Origin: Candidatus Gemmiger stercoravium
GTDB taxonomy: Bacteria; Bacillota; Clostridia; Oscillospirales; Ruminococcaceae
DNA: 64,000 nt
Assembly (NCBI GenBank): GCA_019119835.1
Contig: DWWE01000094.1
Span: forward strand, 188 to 64,187
Reading direction: 5' to 3'
Shown here: positions 24,756 through 34,811 of the stretch, piece by piece
Layout: every line of letters starts with the position of its first letter
How positions within the stretch are numbered: position 1 is the first letter of the stretch
The notes under the pieces: model-generated
Told to the model about the DNA's origin: nothing
Database searches by the model: none
What the model saw: only the letters and a program-made list of their open reading frames with translations
Position numbers and translations under genes: made by a program

Positions 24756-27254
24756 ATGGAGTATGATCGTTCCCCCCGCGCCATCCGCATCCGCGGGGCA
24801 CGGGTACACAATCTGAAAAATATCAGTGTGGACATTCCGCTGAACCGGATCGTCGGCATTGCCGGGGTATCCGGTTCAGGCAAATCCTCCCTGGCGCTGG
24901 GGGTCGTGTACGCCGAAGGGTCACGGCGGTATCTGGACGCCCTGTCCACCTACACAAGACGGCGGATGACCCAGGCTGCCAAGGCCGATGTGGACGAGGT
25001 GCTCTATGTGCCGGCGGCTCTGGCCCTGCATCAGCGCCCGGGGGTGCCCGGCATCCGCAGCACCTTTGGCACCGGCACCGAGCTGCTGAACAATCTGCGG
25101 CTGATGTTTTCCCGCCTGGCCAGCCATCGCTGCCCCAACGGGCATTATGTGGCGCCCTCGCTGGCGGTGGCCGCCGAGCAGGAACTGGTCTGCCCCACCT
25201 GCGGGGCCCGCTTTTATGCGCCCGGCGCCGAGGCACTGGCCTTCAACAGCCAGGGAGCCTGCCGCCGCTGCGGCGGGACCGGCGTGGTCCGCACCGTGGA
25301 CCGATCCACCCTGGTGCCGGACGAATCCCTGAGCATCGACGAGGGCGCCGTGGCGCCCTGGAATTCCCTGATGTGGTCGCTGATGACCGACGTATGTCGG
25401 GCAATGGGGGTCCGGACCGACCTGCCCTTCCGGGAACTGAGCGACAAGGAAAAGGACATCGTCTATAACGGACCGGCCGTGAAAAAGCACATCCTGTACC
25501 GGGCCAAGAATTCCGAGCAGGCCACCGAACTGGATTTCACCTATTACAACGCCGTCTACACGGTGGAAAACGCCCTGGCGAAGGTCAAGGACGAGAAGGG
25601 CATGAAACGGGTGGAAAAATTCCTGCGGGAAGATGTATGCCCTGACTGCGGCGGCACCCGGCTTTCGGCGCAGGCCCGAGCCCCCAGGCTGCGGGGAATC
25701 AGCCTGGATGAAGCCTGCCGGATGACGCTGGAGGCGCTGACCGTATGGGTCGCCGGGGTGCCGGCTTCCCTGCCGGCTGCGATGCAGCCCATGGCCCGGA
25801 GCATCTGCGATTCTTTCCAGACCGTCGCCCGCCGCCTGATGGATCTGGGGCTCGGTTACCTGACGCTGGACCGGGCCGCCTCCACCCTCTCCACCGGGGA
25901 GCGCCAGCGGATGCAGCTGGCACGGGCGGTGCGCAACCGCACCACCGGGGTGCTGTATGTGCTGGACGAGCCCTCCATCGGGCTGCACCCTTCCAACATC
26001 GAAGGGCTGAACGCCGTGATGCGGGATCTGGTGGCGGACGGCAACACCGTGCTGCTGGTGGACCATGACACCCAGGTGCTCCGCCAGGCGGACTGGGTGA
26101 TCGAAATGGGCCCGAAAGCCGGGGCCGACGGCGGCCGAGTGGTCGCCCAGGGAACGGTACCGGCGCTGGCTCAGGACCCGCAGTCGCTGATCGGGCCCTT
26201 CCTGCGCACCGGACAAAATCCGCCCCGCCTGCGCCCTGCCCGCCCGCGCCAAGCGCTGTTTGCAGACGGGTGCATCCGGATGGCCACCGACGCCATCCAC
26301 ACCGTAAAGCCCCTGACGGTGGAGATCCCCAAGGGGGCCTTGACCGTCGTGACCGGTGTGTCCGGGTCGGGCAAGACGACGCTGGTGCTGGAAAGCCTGG
26401 TCCCCGGGCTGCAGGCCCGCATCGACGGGCGTCCGCTGCCGGGACATCTGCGCGGCTTGGATGCGCCGGGCATCCAGCATGTCAAGCTGATCGACGCCAC
26501 CCCCATCGGCATCAACATCCGCTCCACCGTGGCCACCTATGCCAACGTACACGACGAACTGCGCAAGGTGTTTGCCCGGACGCCGGCAGCCAGGGCGGCC
26601 GGCTACAAGGCCGGGGATTTTTCCTACAACACCGGCCGGCTGCGCTGCCCGGTCTGTGACGGGACCGGCGCCATCAGCCTGGATGTGCAGTTCCTGCCCG
26701 ATGTGGACATTCCCTGCCCGGAATGCCGCGGTTCCCGCTACGACAAGCCGGCCGCCCGCATCCGGTACGAAAGCCGTTCGGGGGCGTCGTTTACGCTGCC
26801 GCAGCTTATGGAGATGGACATACACACCGCCCTGGAAGCCTGTTCCGACTGGAAGGTCGTGACCCAGCGGCTGCAGGTCCTGCAGGACCTGGGGCTCGGC
26901 TACCTGACGTTGGGAGAAGCCACCCCCAGCCTTTCGGGCGGGGAGGCCCAGCGGCTGAAACTGGCCAGCGAGATGGGCCGCAGCCAGGCGGACAGCGTTT
27001 TCGTGTTCGACGAGCCGACCATCGGCCTGCACCCGCTGGACGTGCAGACCCTGCTGCGGGTGTTCCAGACCCTGATCGACGCCGGCGCCACCGTGCTGGT
27101 GATCGAACACGACCTGGACGTGATCCGCAACGCCGATTACCTGATCGACATGGGCCCCGGCGGCGGCGAGTCCGGCGGGCGGGTGGTGGCCGCCGGCACC
27201 CCGGACGAGGTGGCGGCTTGTGCGGACAGCCTGACCGGCCGGTATCTGCACTGA
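24756..27254 (+). CDS. UvrA-family ABC ATPase, class II (no UvrB-binding domain)
   Basis: GARVHNLKN, Walker A GVSGSGKS and GVSGSGKT, signatures LSTGERQR and LSGGEAQR, and Zn-finger CxxC pairs. Promoter TAGACG-17-TATGAT at 24684-24712. Confidence 0.88.
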   Translation: MEYDRSPRAIRIRGARVHNLKNISVDIPLNRIVGIAGVSGSGKSSLALGVVYAEGSRRYLDALSTYTRRRMTQAAKADVDEVLYVPAALALHQRPGVPGIRSTFGTGTELLNNLRLMFSRLASHRCPNGHYVAPSLAVAAEQELVCPTCGARFYAPGAEALAFNSQGACRRCGGTGVVRTVDRSTLVPDESLSIDEGAVAPWNSLMWSLMTDVCRAMGVRTDLPFRELSDKEKDIVYNGPAVKKHILYRAKNSEQATELDFTYYNAVYTVENALAKVKDEKGMKRVEKFLREDVCPDCGGTRLSAQARAPRLRGISLDEACRMTLEALTVWVAGVPASLPAAMQPMARSICDSFQTVARRLMDLGLGYLTLDRAASTLSTGERQRMQLARAVRNRTTGVLYVLDEPSIGLHPSNIEGLNAVMRDLVADGNTVLLVDHDTQVLRQADWVIEMGPKAGADGGRVVAQGTVPALAQDPQSLIGPFLRTGQNPPRLRPARPRQALFADGCIRMATDAIHTVKPLTVEIPKGALTVVTGVSGSGKTTLVLESLVPGLQARIDGRPLPGHLRGLDAPGIQHVKLIDATPIGINIRSTVATYANVHDELRKVFARTPAARAAGYKAGDFSYNTGRLRCPVCDGTGAISLDVQFLPDVDIPCPECRGSRYDKPAARIRYESRSGASFTLPQLMEMDIHTALEACSDWKVVTQRLQVLQDLGLGYLTLGEATPSLSGGEAQRLKLASEMGRSQADSVFVFDEPTIGLHPLDVQTLLRVFQTLIDAGATVLVIEHDLDVIRNADYLIDMGPGGGESGGRVVAAGTPDEVAACADSLTGRYLH

Positions 27255-27305
27255 AAAAGCAAGACCGTTTTTGCGCACGCAGCGGCAAAAGCGGTCTTGC
27301 TTTTT
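27255..27305. terminator. Bidirectional terminator
   Basis: AAAAGCAAGACCG...CGGTCTTGCTTTT between convergent genes. Confidence 0.75.
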
Positions 27306-27323
27306 TGCTTGTATCAGGCCGGA

Positions 27324-29012
27324 TCAGACCTGATGGTTTGCGATCCAGTCGTGGATGGTGGCGGAAAGCGCCGTCAGACTGCCCGGGGTGAAGGGCACCT
27401 TCATGCCGGCGCTCTGCGCCAGCTGGGCATAGGTGGCGGTGCCGGCCAGGCGGGTCAGTTTCAGGTACCGCTGCCAGGCGTCGGCGTGATCCTGCAGGCT
27501 GGCGGTGAAGAACTGCAGGGCGATCACCGTGGCCAGGCAGTAATCAATGTAATAGAACGGACATTCGTAGATATGCAGCTGGCGCTGCCAGCCGGCGCCG
27601 CGGCCGTAGAACGGCAGGTCCCCGAAATCGTTCCAGGGGCGGTACTTTTCCTCCAGCTTGCGCCAGACTTCATTGCGCTGTTCGGGGCTCAGGTCCGGCT
27701 GCTGGTAGGCAATATGCTGGAACTCATCCACCATGCACCCGTAGGGCAGGAAGAGGAAGCTGTCCTCGGTGTGGAACAGTTCGTACTTGTCCGTGTCCGG
27801 GCCAAAGAACAGCCCGTGCCAGGGGGCGGTCAGGAACTCCATCGACATGGAATGAATCTCGGCGCTCTCCATGCCGGGGCACTGCAGTTCCTCCGGCAGA
27901 TCGGTGCGGGCGGCCAGGTATGCCTCAAAGGCGTGGCCGCATTCATGGGTCAGCACGTCCACATCCCCGGCTGTCCCGTTCCAGTTGGCAAAGATAAAGG
28001 GGGTTTTGTGGTCCGGGATGATCTCCTCATACCCGCCGCTCATCTTGCCCGGCCGGCTCATCACATCAAACATCTCGTTGTCCTGCATGAAGTCGATGAA
28101 TTCGCCGGTCTCGGGGCTCAGTTCATGGTACATCGTCCGCGCCCGCTCCATCAGCTCCTCATAGCTGCCATGGGGCACGGGGCTGCCGTCGGCAAAGGTC
28201 AGTTCTCCGTCCCAGAACATCGGATGCTCCAGGCCGACCCGTTTGGCCCGCATTGCCATCACGTCCCGCAGCATCGGCACCACATGGTCCGCCACCTCCT
28301 GCCGGAACGCGGCCACTTCCCGGGGGCCGTAGCCGATGCGATTCATCCGGATGTAGCTCAGCTCGCTGTAATCCCGGTACCCCAGGATGCGGGCCTGCTC
28401 GTTGCGGTTTTTGACCAGTTTGTCGTAGATGGAGTCGAACTCCTCCCGGTGGGCGTCAAAGTAGGAGGCTTCCGCCTCATAGGCAGCCCGGCGGATCGAG
28501 CGGTCCAGGCTCTGCTTGTACAGCATCAGCTGCGGAATGGTCAGCTGCTTGCCGTCCAGTTCCACCAGCGCGCCGCCGTACAGCTTCTGGTAGGCGCTGA
28601 CCAGGGCGTTTTCCTCTTTCTGCAGGTCGATGACCCGCTCATCCATGGAGCGGACCCGGTTTTCCAGCGTCGGCAGAATGATGGAACCGAACGCAGCTTC
28701 CAGCGCCCGACTGTGGGGGTTGGCCAGCAGCGCCCTGGCGATCTCCACCTCCGCGTTGGCCACCGAAGGTCCGTTTTCATCAAACCAGTCCTGTTCCGCC
28801 GTCCAGCGGGCGTCGCGGGTGTCCTGGGTATAGTGGATGTTGGCCAGCACCTGCGCCGTGCGGTAATGGGCCAGGCAGGCGTTTTCCTCCCGGTACAGGC
28901 GGACCAGCGCTTCCCCGCTGTCTGCCTTGCGGATCTTTTCGGCATAGGCCGCACAGTCCGCCAGCACCTGCGCAAGGTCCGGCCGAACATAGGGCATTTC
29001 AGAAAATTTCAT
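27324..29012 (-). CDS. M3 family oligoendopeptidase
   Basis: MKFSEMPYVRPD start, HECGHAF (HEXXH), MESAEIHSMSMEF, and HIY..PFYYIDY. Confidence 0.9.
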   Translation of the reverse strand: MKFSEMPYVRPDLAQVLADCAAYAEKIRKADSGEALVRLYREENACLAHYRTAQVLANIHYTQDTRDARWTAEQDWFDENGPSVANAEVEIARALLANPHSRALEAAFGSIILPTLENRVRSMDERVIDLQKEENALVSAYQKLYGGALVELDGKQLTIPQLMLYKQSLDRSIRRAAYEAEASYFDAHREEFDSIYDKLVKNRNEQARILGYRDYSELSYIRMNRIGYGPREVAAFRQEVADHVVPMLRDVMAMRAKRVGLEHPMFWDGELTFADGSPVPHGSYEELMERARTMYHELSPETGEFIDFMQDNEMFDVMSRPGKMSGGYEEIIPDHKTPFIFANWNGTAGDVDVLTHECGHAFEAYLAARTDLPEELQCPGMESAEIHSMSMEFLTAPWHGLFFGPDTDKYELFHTEDSFLFLPYGCMVDEFQHIAYQQPDLSPEQRNEVWRKLEEKYRPWNDFGDLPFYGRGAGWQRQLHIYECPFYYIDYCLATVIALQFFTASLQDHADAWQRYLKLTRLAGTATYAQLAQSAGMKVPFTPGSLTALSATIHDWIANHQV

Positions 29013-29152
29013 GCAAACAGAACTCCTTTCCTTATCTGCTTCCAACAGCATAGCACATTTTTGCCGGAAAGGAAAGCGCCGCTTTGGCTGGTCAAGCCCC
29101 GCAAAGTGTGTTACAATAAGACCGCTGAATTTTGTGCAAAGGAGGACCCTGT

Positions 29153-31141
29153 ATGCCGAGCCGAAGCGAATCCCGGCGCAACACCCTTTTGTTTGTCTGC
29201 GGCGGTCTTCTCGGAATCGCTGCCTTTCTGCTGGTCTTCGGCCCGGCACCGCTGGATTTCACCAACGACGCCTTCTGCCGCGGCGGCTATATTGAAAAGG
29301 ACATCCAGCAGCACTATGCCGGCTGGCTGTTCTACCGCCAAAGCCCGCTCCGGTTCCCCATGTGCATTGCCGAGTCGGTCAACTGGCCCGCAGGGCTCAG
29401 CGTGGCCTACACCGACTCCATCCCGCTGTTCGCGGCCTTTTTCCGGCTGCTCTCCCCCCTGCTGCCCGGGACCTTCCAGTATTTCGGCTGGTTCACCCTG
29501 CTCTGTCTGTTCCTGCAGGGCGGGTTCGGCGCCCTGCTGCTGGGTTTGTTTGCCAAGGGGAAGGTCCTGCCGCTGGTCGGCGATCTGGTCTTTGTTTTCA
29601 GCCCGGTTCTGTGGGAACGGGCGCTGCGCCACACCTCGCTGGCCGCCCAGTTCTTGCTGCTGGGGGCGCTGTACTACTATTTCCGCAGCGGGCGGGAGGG
29701 CCGCTTTGCCTACGGCGGGTTGTTCCTGCTCAACGTGCTGACCATCACCATCCACCCGTATTTCGTGCCCATGACCTACGCCGTCACGCTGGCCATGGTG
29801 TTGCGGCATTCCTGGCGCAGCCGGCGGCCGCTGCGGCCCCTGGGCTGGCTGGCCTGCAATCTGGCCGCCACGGTGGCGGCCGGGTGGGCGTTCGGCCTGT
29901 TTTACGGCACCGCCACCGGCGGCAGCGACGCCCTGTACGGTTACTTCGGCATGAACCTCAACAGCCTGTGGAACCCGGCCGGGGTCAACGGGGTGGACTG
30001 GAGCCTGTTCCTGCCCACCCAGAACCAGGTGGGCGGCAACTACGACGCGTTCGCCTATCTCGGGCTGGGGGTGCTGGCCGGCCTGGCCGCAGGCGGGGGC
30101 GGTCTGGCCCTGCTGCGGCAGCTCCATCCGTTTGCCCTGCTGCGCCGCCACGGGGCACTGGCCGCCGTCTGCCTGCTGCTCACTCTGTTCGCCGTCAGCC
30201 ATACCATTACGGCCAACGGCGCCACGCTGGCGGTGCTTCCCCTGCCGGGGCAGCTGATCCGGCTGTTTTCGGTCTTTCGTTCCAGCGGACGGATGTTCTG
30301 GCCTGCCTATTATCTGTTGCTGCTTCTCGCCTTTGTCTGGCTGTGCCGTCTGGGCCGCGCCCGGAAAGCGCTTTTGCTGACCCTTGTGGGGGCGATGGCC
30401 GCCCTGCAGCTGCTGGACCTGAGCCCCGGCTTACTTCAGCGCGGCCAGGCGTTCCGGCAAGCCGAACAGCAGCCGGCTTTCCCCTCGGCGCTTACCAGCA
30501 CCTTCTGGCAGGAGGCTGCGGGCCGGTACGAGCATTTGGTCTCGCTGGATACCCTGCAGTATGACGGGCTTCACCTCGCCCTGTATGCCGCCGACAACGG
30601 CATGACCACCAGCGACCCCTTTGCTGCCCGGTATGACGCCGAAGCCCTGGCCGCCCAGCAGCAGCAACTGCTGGAAGAACTGGCCCAGGGCATTCTGCGG
30701 GAGGATACGCTCTACCTGTTTGCCGTGGAGGGCAACTTCCTGCAGGCGGTGGAGCCGGTCAAGGACAGCGGCGCCTGGTGCGGGCGTATCGAGACGGAGG
30801 GCGGCAGCTGGTATGTGATCGCCCCCGGCATGGCCGGGACCGCCCTGGACGAGAGCTGCACCCCCTACGGGCTGGAGTATCCGCTGCGCATCGCAGACTA
30901 CACAGACGGCCTGTGGAACCGCGGTGTGCTGGACAGCGACCGGCGGGTGGTCTGCATGGCGGATTCCCCCTTTGCCCGCGCAAAGCTGGAGGGCGCCTGT
31001 TACCTTTGCGCCGGTGGGCAGGAGTACGAGATCCTGCAGGTGGATGACAGTGACCCCGGCTGGCTGATGATCACCCTGGACATTCCCGACGCCACCGTTT
31101 TGTGGGGCCAAGAATTGGAGACAAAACCATGCAAGAATTGA
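29153..31141 (+). CDS. DUF6311-type polytopic membrane protein, putative GT-C glycosyltransferase
   Basis: DIQQHYAGW..Y, SVAYTDSIPL, QYFGWF and FRSSGRMFWP motifs; many TM helices. RBS AAGGAGG. Confidence 0.7.
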   Translation: MPSRSESRRNTLLFVCGGLLGIAAFLLVFGPAPLDFTNDAFCRGGYIEKDIQQHYAGWLFYRQSPLRFPMCIAESVNWPAGLSVAYTDSIPLFAAFFRLLSPLLPGTFQYFGWFTLLCLFLQGGFGALLLGLFAKGKVLPLVGDLVFVFSPVLWERALRHTSLAAQFLLLGALYYYFRSGREGRFAYGGLFLLNVLTITIHPYFVPMTYAVTLAMVLRHSWRSRRPLRPLGWLACNLAATVAAGWAFGLFYGTATGGSDALYGYFGMNLNSLWNPAGVNGVDWSLFLPTQNQVGGNYDAFAYLGLGVLAGLAAGGGGLALLRQLHPFALLRRHGALAAVCLLLTLFAVSHTITANGATLAVLPLPGQLIRLFSVFRSSGRMFWPAYYLLLLLAFVWLCRLGRARKALLLTLVGAMAALQLLDLSPGLLQRGQAFRQAEQQPAFPSALTSTFWQEAAGRYEHLVSLDTLQYDGLHLALYAADNGMTTSDPFAARYDAEALAAQQQQLLEELAQGILREDTLYLFAVEGNFLQAVEPVKDSGAWCGRIETEGGSWYVIAPGMAGTALDESCTPYGLEYPLRIADYTDGLWNRGVLDSDRRVVCMADSPFARAKLEGACYLCAGGQEYEILQVDDSDPGWLMITLDIPDATVLWGQELETKPCKN

Positions 31142-32073
31142 AGGTAAAAAGCCTGCTGCCCGTCCGGCTGGACAAGTATCTGCAGCAGCAGTTCCCCGCC
31201 CTCGGTCTCGGGCGGCTCAACAAGGCGCTGCGGGAAAATAAGATCAAACTCAACGGCAAAAAGCAACCGCTTTCCACCCGGGTGCAGAACGGGGATACCA
31301 TCCGTTTGTTCCTCACCGATGAGCAGCTGGGCCTGACCGCCCCGGCCGGGCCGGAGTTTCTCTCGGCCCGCGCCCCGGCCGACCTTGTCTATGAGACCGA
31401 TGACCTGCTGATTGCCAACAAGCCGGCCGGCGTGCCGGTGGACGGCGACGGCCCCGACACCCTTTGCAACCGGGTGATGCGCCGGCTGTATGAGGAAGGC
31501 CGGCTGCCGGCGGACGGGTATCCCCGCCTTTGCCACCGGCTGGACACCGGCACCAGCGGCCTTGTGCTGCTGGCCAAAAACGCCGAGACCGAGCGGTTCC
31601 TGACCGGACTGATCCGGGAACGTCGCCTGCGCAAGACCTATCTCTGCGTCACCTTCGGGCGGCCCGAGCCGCCGGCAGCCACCCTCCGGGATTATCTTTG
31701 CAAGGATGCCGAAAAGGGGCTGGTCCGCGTGTATCCCTCGCCCCGGCCGGGCGCACGGGAGATCATTACCGCGTACGAGACGGTGGCGGTCAGCGGCCGC
31801 CTTGCCCTGCTGAAGGTGGACCTGGTCACCGGGCGCACTCATCAGATCCGCGCCCACCTGGCCAGCATCGGCTGCCCGATCCTGGGGGACAGCAAATACG
31901 GCAACCACGCCGCCAACCGGGAGCTGCGCCTGAAATACCAGGCCCTGTGCGCCTGGGAGCTCGCCTTCCCCGCCTCGATCTCCGACCCGCGCTTTTCCCA
32001 TCTGGCCGGGAAATCCTTTCACGCCCCGCGCCCCTGGTACTACCAGCAGGTACTGGACGGGACCCTGCACTGA
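31129..32073 (+). CDS. RluA-family pseudouridine synthase with S4 domain
   Basis: RLDKYL, ANKPAG, HRLDTGTSG, TGRTHQIRAH and PILGDSKYG. Confidence 0.93.
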   Translation: MQELKVKSLLPVRLDKYLQQQFPALGLGRLNKALRENKIKLNGKKQPLSTRVQNGDTIRLFLTDEQLGLTAPAGPEFLSARAPADLVYETDDLLIANKPAGVPVDGDGPDTLCNRVMRRLYEEGRLPADGYPRLCHRLDTGTSGLVLLAKNAETERFLTGLIRERRLRKTYLCVTFGRPEPPAATLRDYLCKDAEKGLVRVYPSPRPGAREIITAYETVAVSGRLALLKVDLVTGRTHQIRAHLASIGCPILGDSKYGNHAANRELRLKYQALCAWELAFPASISDPRFSHLAGKSFHAPRPWYYQQVLDGTLH

Positions 32074-32278
32074 GCCGCCGCCGTTGGCCAGGCTGCCGAA
32101 AAGGCTGCGGCCAAAGGAAAAATCCATTGCAAAAAGGAACCGCTCCCTTCCCCGGGAAGCCGTGCAGGACACGGAACCCGGAGAACAGAGCGGTTTCTGT
32201 TGTTTTGGACCCGGCCTGAAGGCCGGATTGCGCAAAGCCGGCGGCAAGGCTGCTCATCGCGCCCGTTTGCCGGGGGAC

Positions 32279-33169
32279 TTACCGGCGGGGCGGCTGCCGG
32301 ACAAAGGGCGGCCGACACTCATCTTCGACCAGCCGCCCGTACTTCTGCGGACGGCGGTAGGCATCGCCCATCATCTCGGTTTCCCGATAGCGGCGCAGCT
32401 TCGCCAGGTCCAGGTCCGCCAGGCAGATCTCCTCCGCCTCCCCGGCCTGGAGCAGACAGGTATCCCGGGAGCCCTCCACCTCGGGCAGATAAGCCATGCC
32501 GTCAAACACTGTGGAGCCGCCGTTGCAGTCGGGGACCGAAGCCGGGTAGTTGCAGGTGGCAATGGCCAGCATGTTTTCAAACGCCCGGCTGCGCAGCTGG
32601 GCAAGGCGGTTGATCTCCATAGGGCAGGCGTTGGGCACCAGGATCAGCTCCGCCCCCTCCAGCATCAGGATGCGGGCGCTTTCGGGGAACTCGCGGTCAT
32701 AACAGATCATCGCCCCCACCCGGACCGGGCCGCAGGCCGTGTCCAGGTCGGTCACATAAAAGTCGTCCCCCGGCGTCAGGAACCGTTCCACATCAAAATC
32801 GCAGGTGTGGACCTTGGCATAGCGGAGCTTTTCCCGGCCGAAGCGGTCGAACAGCATCAGCGTGTTGCGGGGCGCACCCGGATAGGATTCCAGCATTGTC
32901 AGGCCGATCGCCATTTCCAGTTCGGCCGCCAAACGTCCGAACGCCTGCACAAACTCCCCCCGGGGCGGCACGGCCTCCTGCTGCCATTGCGGCACCGGCC
33001 GGTCCATCAGCCGGTATCCGTTGCTCCACATTTCGGGAAAAAGAGCCAGGTCGGCCCCCCGGGCCTTGGCGGCACGGCAGGCCCTCTCCCCTTTTTCGAG
33101 GTTTTCCTGCAGCGTATTGCCCGGTGCGATCTGCAGCAGCGCCAGGCGCAGCATGGCGGTATTTTTCAT
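32279..33169 (-). CDS. Carbon-nitrogen hydrolase (nitrilase superfamily)
   Basis: Catalytic triad motifs FPEMW, YAKVH and ICYDREFPE. ATGA overlap with the upstream gene. Confidence 0.9.
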   Translation of the reverse strand: MKNTAMLRLALLQIAPGNTLQENLEKGERACRAAKARGADLALFPEMWSNGYRLMDRPVPQWQQEAVPPRGEFVQAFGRLAAELEMAIGLTMLESYPGAPRNTLMLFDRFGREKLRYAKVHTCDFDVERFLTPGDDFYVTDLDTACGPVRVGAMICYDREFPESARILMLEGAELILVPNACPMEINRLAQLRSRAFENMLAIATCNYPASVPDCNGGSTVFDGMAYLPEVEGSRDTCLLQAGEAEEICLADLDLAKLRRYRETEMMGDAYRRPQKYGRLVEDECRPPFVRQPPRR

Positions 33170-33777
33170 GGGCGTCCTTCCTCCTTCTCCCCCTGCAGAA
33201 GACGCTGCAGGGATTCGTAGGTATACAGGGTGTTCAGCACCTGCAGCAGTTCTTTTTTGCTGAGCCGCGGCGGCAGATCCAGCTGTTTCAGCACTGCACG
33301 GCGCCGGTTGGCGCTGTCCGGCGTGCCGGAAATCCCCCATTCATACAGGTCGGTGTAGGTAATGGGGCGCTGGCCGGTCGGCTCAGCTTTCCCTTCGGGG
33401 GCGCCCTGCAGCGCCTGTTCCAGCGCCTGCAGGATCACGGCATCCGGCACCCCTTCCACCCCCAGCAGACCTTCCTTGCCGGGGATCCGTTTGCGGCGTT
33501 CCTTGCCGGCGAGCGCCGGGATATAGGCCTGGCGGACATAGCGTGCCCCCACAAGGCCGGTGATGAAATGGCGGATCTGGAAGCCGGCCGCATCCGAATC
33601 GGTGAGGAGGATCAGCCCCTGGGCCCGGGCCGTCCGCTTGAGCAGGCTCTGCATCCGATTGTCCTTGAACACCGCGAAGCCGTCGGTGGTCAGGATGGTT
33701 CCCTCCACCAGATTGGCAAGCCGGGCCGCGTCATAGCAGCCCTCCACCACCAGCGCCTGTCGGATCGTCCGCTTCAT
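33166..33777 (-). CDS. rnmV: Ribonuclease M5-like (Toprim + DUF4093)
   Basis: VVEGCYD, ILLTDSDAAG..IR, K.GLLGVEG and ANRRRAV. Confidence 0.8.
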   Translation of the reverse strand: MKRTIRQALVVEGCYDAARLANLVEGTILTTDGFAVFKDNRMQSLLKRTARAQGLILLTDSDAAGFQIRHFITGLVGARYVRQAYIPALAGKERRKRIPGKEGLLGVEGVPDAVILQALEQALQGAPEGKAEPTGQRPITYTDLYEWGISGTPDSANRRRAVLKQLDLPPRLSKKELLQVLNTLYTYESLQRLLQGEKEEGRP

Positions 33778-34811
33778 CTGTGCCTCCCGCCTGTCTGCAG
33801 GCCCAGCTCACACAGCGCTTTCTGCAAAAGCAGATCCGCCGGCAGGCGGCTTCCCTTCAGGTCCAGATCCAGCTGCTGCAGCACCTGGAGACTCCGCTCG
33901 ATCCGCCGGCGGTCATACCGGGCCGCAGCCTGATCGGCATTGTTCAGGCGATAGTTCCATTTGCCGGTGTAGCCGAAATCCTTGGCCAGCTCAGCCAGCG
34001 GGCGGCGGCTTTTCCGGGCCAGAAAGGCGCGGTACACATCCAGATAGTTGGAGATCAGCGCGCCCGTGATCAGGATGGGGTCGTTCTGCAGTTCCAGCAG
34101 CGTCCCGAGCTTGTCCAGCGCCTGTCGGGTCCGGCCTTCCGACACCAGGCGGACCATATCAAAGGTGTCCGCGTCCAGCGTGACCGTGCCCAGCTGCTGG
34201 ATCATGGCGGGGGTGATGGTGCCGTAGTCGGCAAGTGCGGCCAGTTTTTCGATCTCGCTGTGGAGCAGGAACTGGTCTTCGCCGCAGCGGTCCAGCAGCA
34301 TCGCCTCGGCACCGGGGGCGAAGCTGGCACCACTTTGCCCGGCCCACTCCCGGGCCATGGCCTGCAGCGCCGCCCGGTTCGGTTTGGCGATCTGAACGCT
34401 GTATCCGATCTTTTCACAGGCGGTGATGAGCTTTTGTTCCCGTTTGCCCGGCCGCAGTTTGCCGTACCGCTCCTCCATGACGCTGGTCATGATAAACACG
34501 GCGTTTTCGGTATCGGCCAGGGTGTCGCAGAGCTCCTGCAGGTCCTTGTCCGAATAGGCCGAAGGGCGGATCATCGGCATCAGGACCAGGCGCCGTCCCC
34601 CGAAAAAGGAGATGGTCCCCGCCGCCAGTACGATCTCTTCCACCGTCGGGGTCGGACCTTCCAGCACCGTCTTTTCCGGGTCGTCCCGGGAAAGAGCCTT
34701 CTCCACCTTGGCCGCCGCGCTGCGAACCAGCGCCTCATCCCCGGCATAAAAGTAGAACACCGGGCAATCCGTCTTCAGCCGCTTTTTCAGTTCGGCTTCA
34801 CTGTACAGCAA
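33774..34811 (-). CDS. holA: DNA polymerase III subunit delta
   Basis: FYFYAGDE, SFFGGRRLV, and D..LLHSEIEKL; follows comEC as in the conserved comEC-holA arrangement. TTG start. Confidence 0.8.
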   Translation of the reverse strand: MLYSEAELKKRLKTDCPVFYFYAGDEALVRSAAAKVEKALSRDDPEKTVLEGPTPTVEEIVLAAGTISFFGGRRLVLMPMIRPSAYSDKDLQELCDTLADTENAVFIMTSVMEERYGKLRPGKREQKLITACEKIGYSVQIAKPNRAALQAMAREWAGQSGASFAPGAEAMLLDRCGEDQFLLHSEIEKLAALADYGTITPAMIQQLGTVTLDADTFDMVRLVSEGRTRQALDKLGTLLELQNDPILITGALISNYLDVYRAFLARKSRRPLAELAKDFGYTGKWNYRLNNADQAAARYDRRRIERSLQVLQQLDLDLKGSRLPADLLLQKALCELGLQTGGRHR

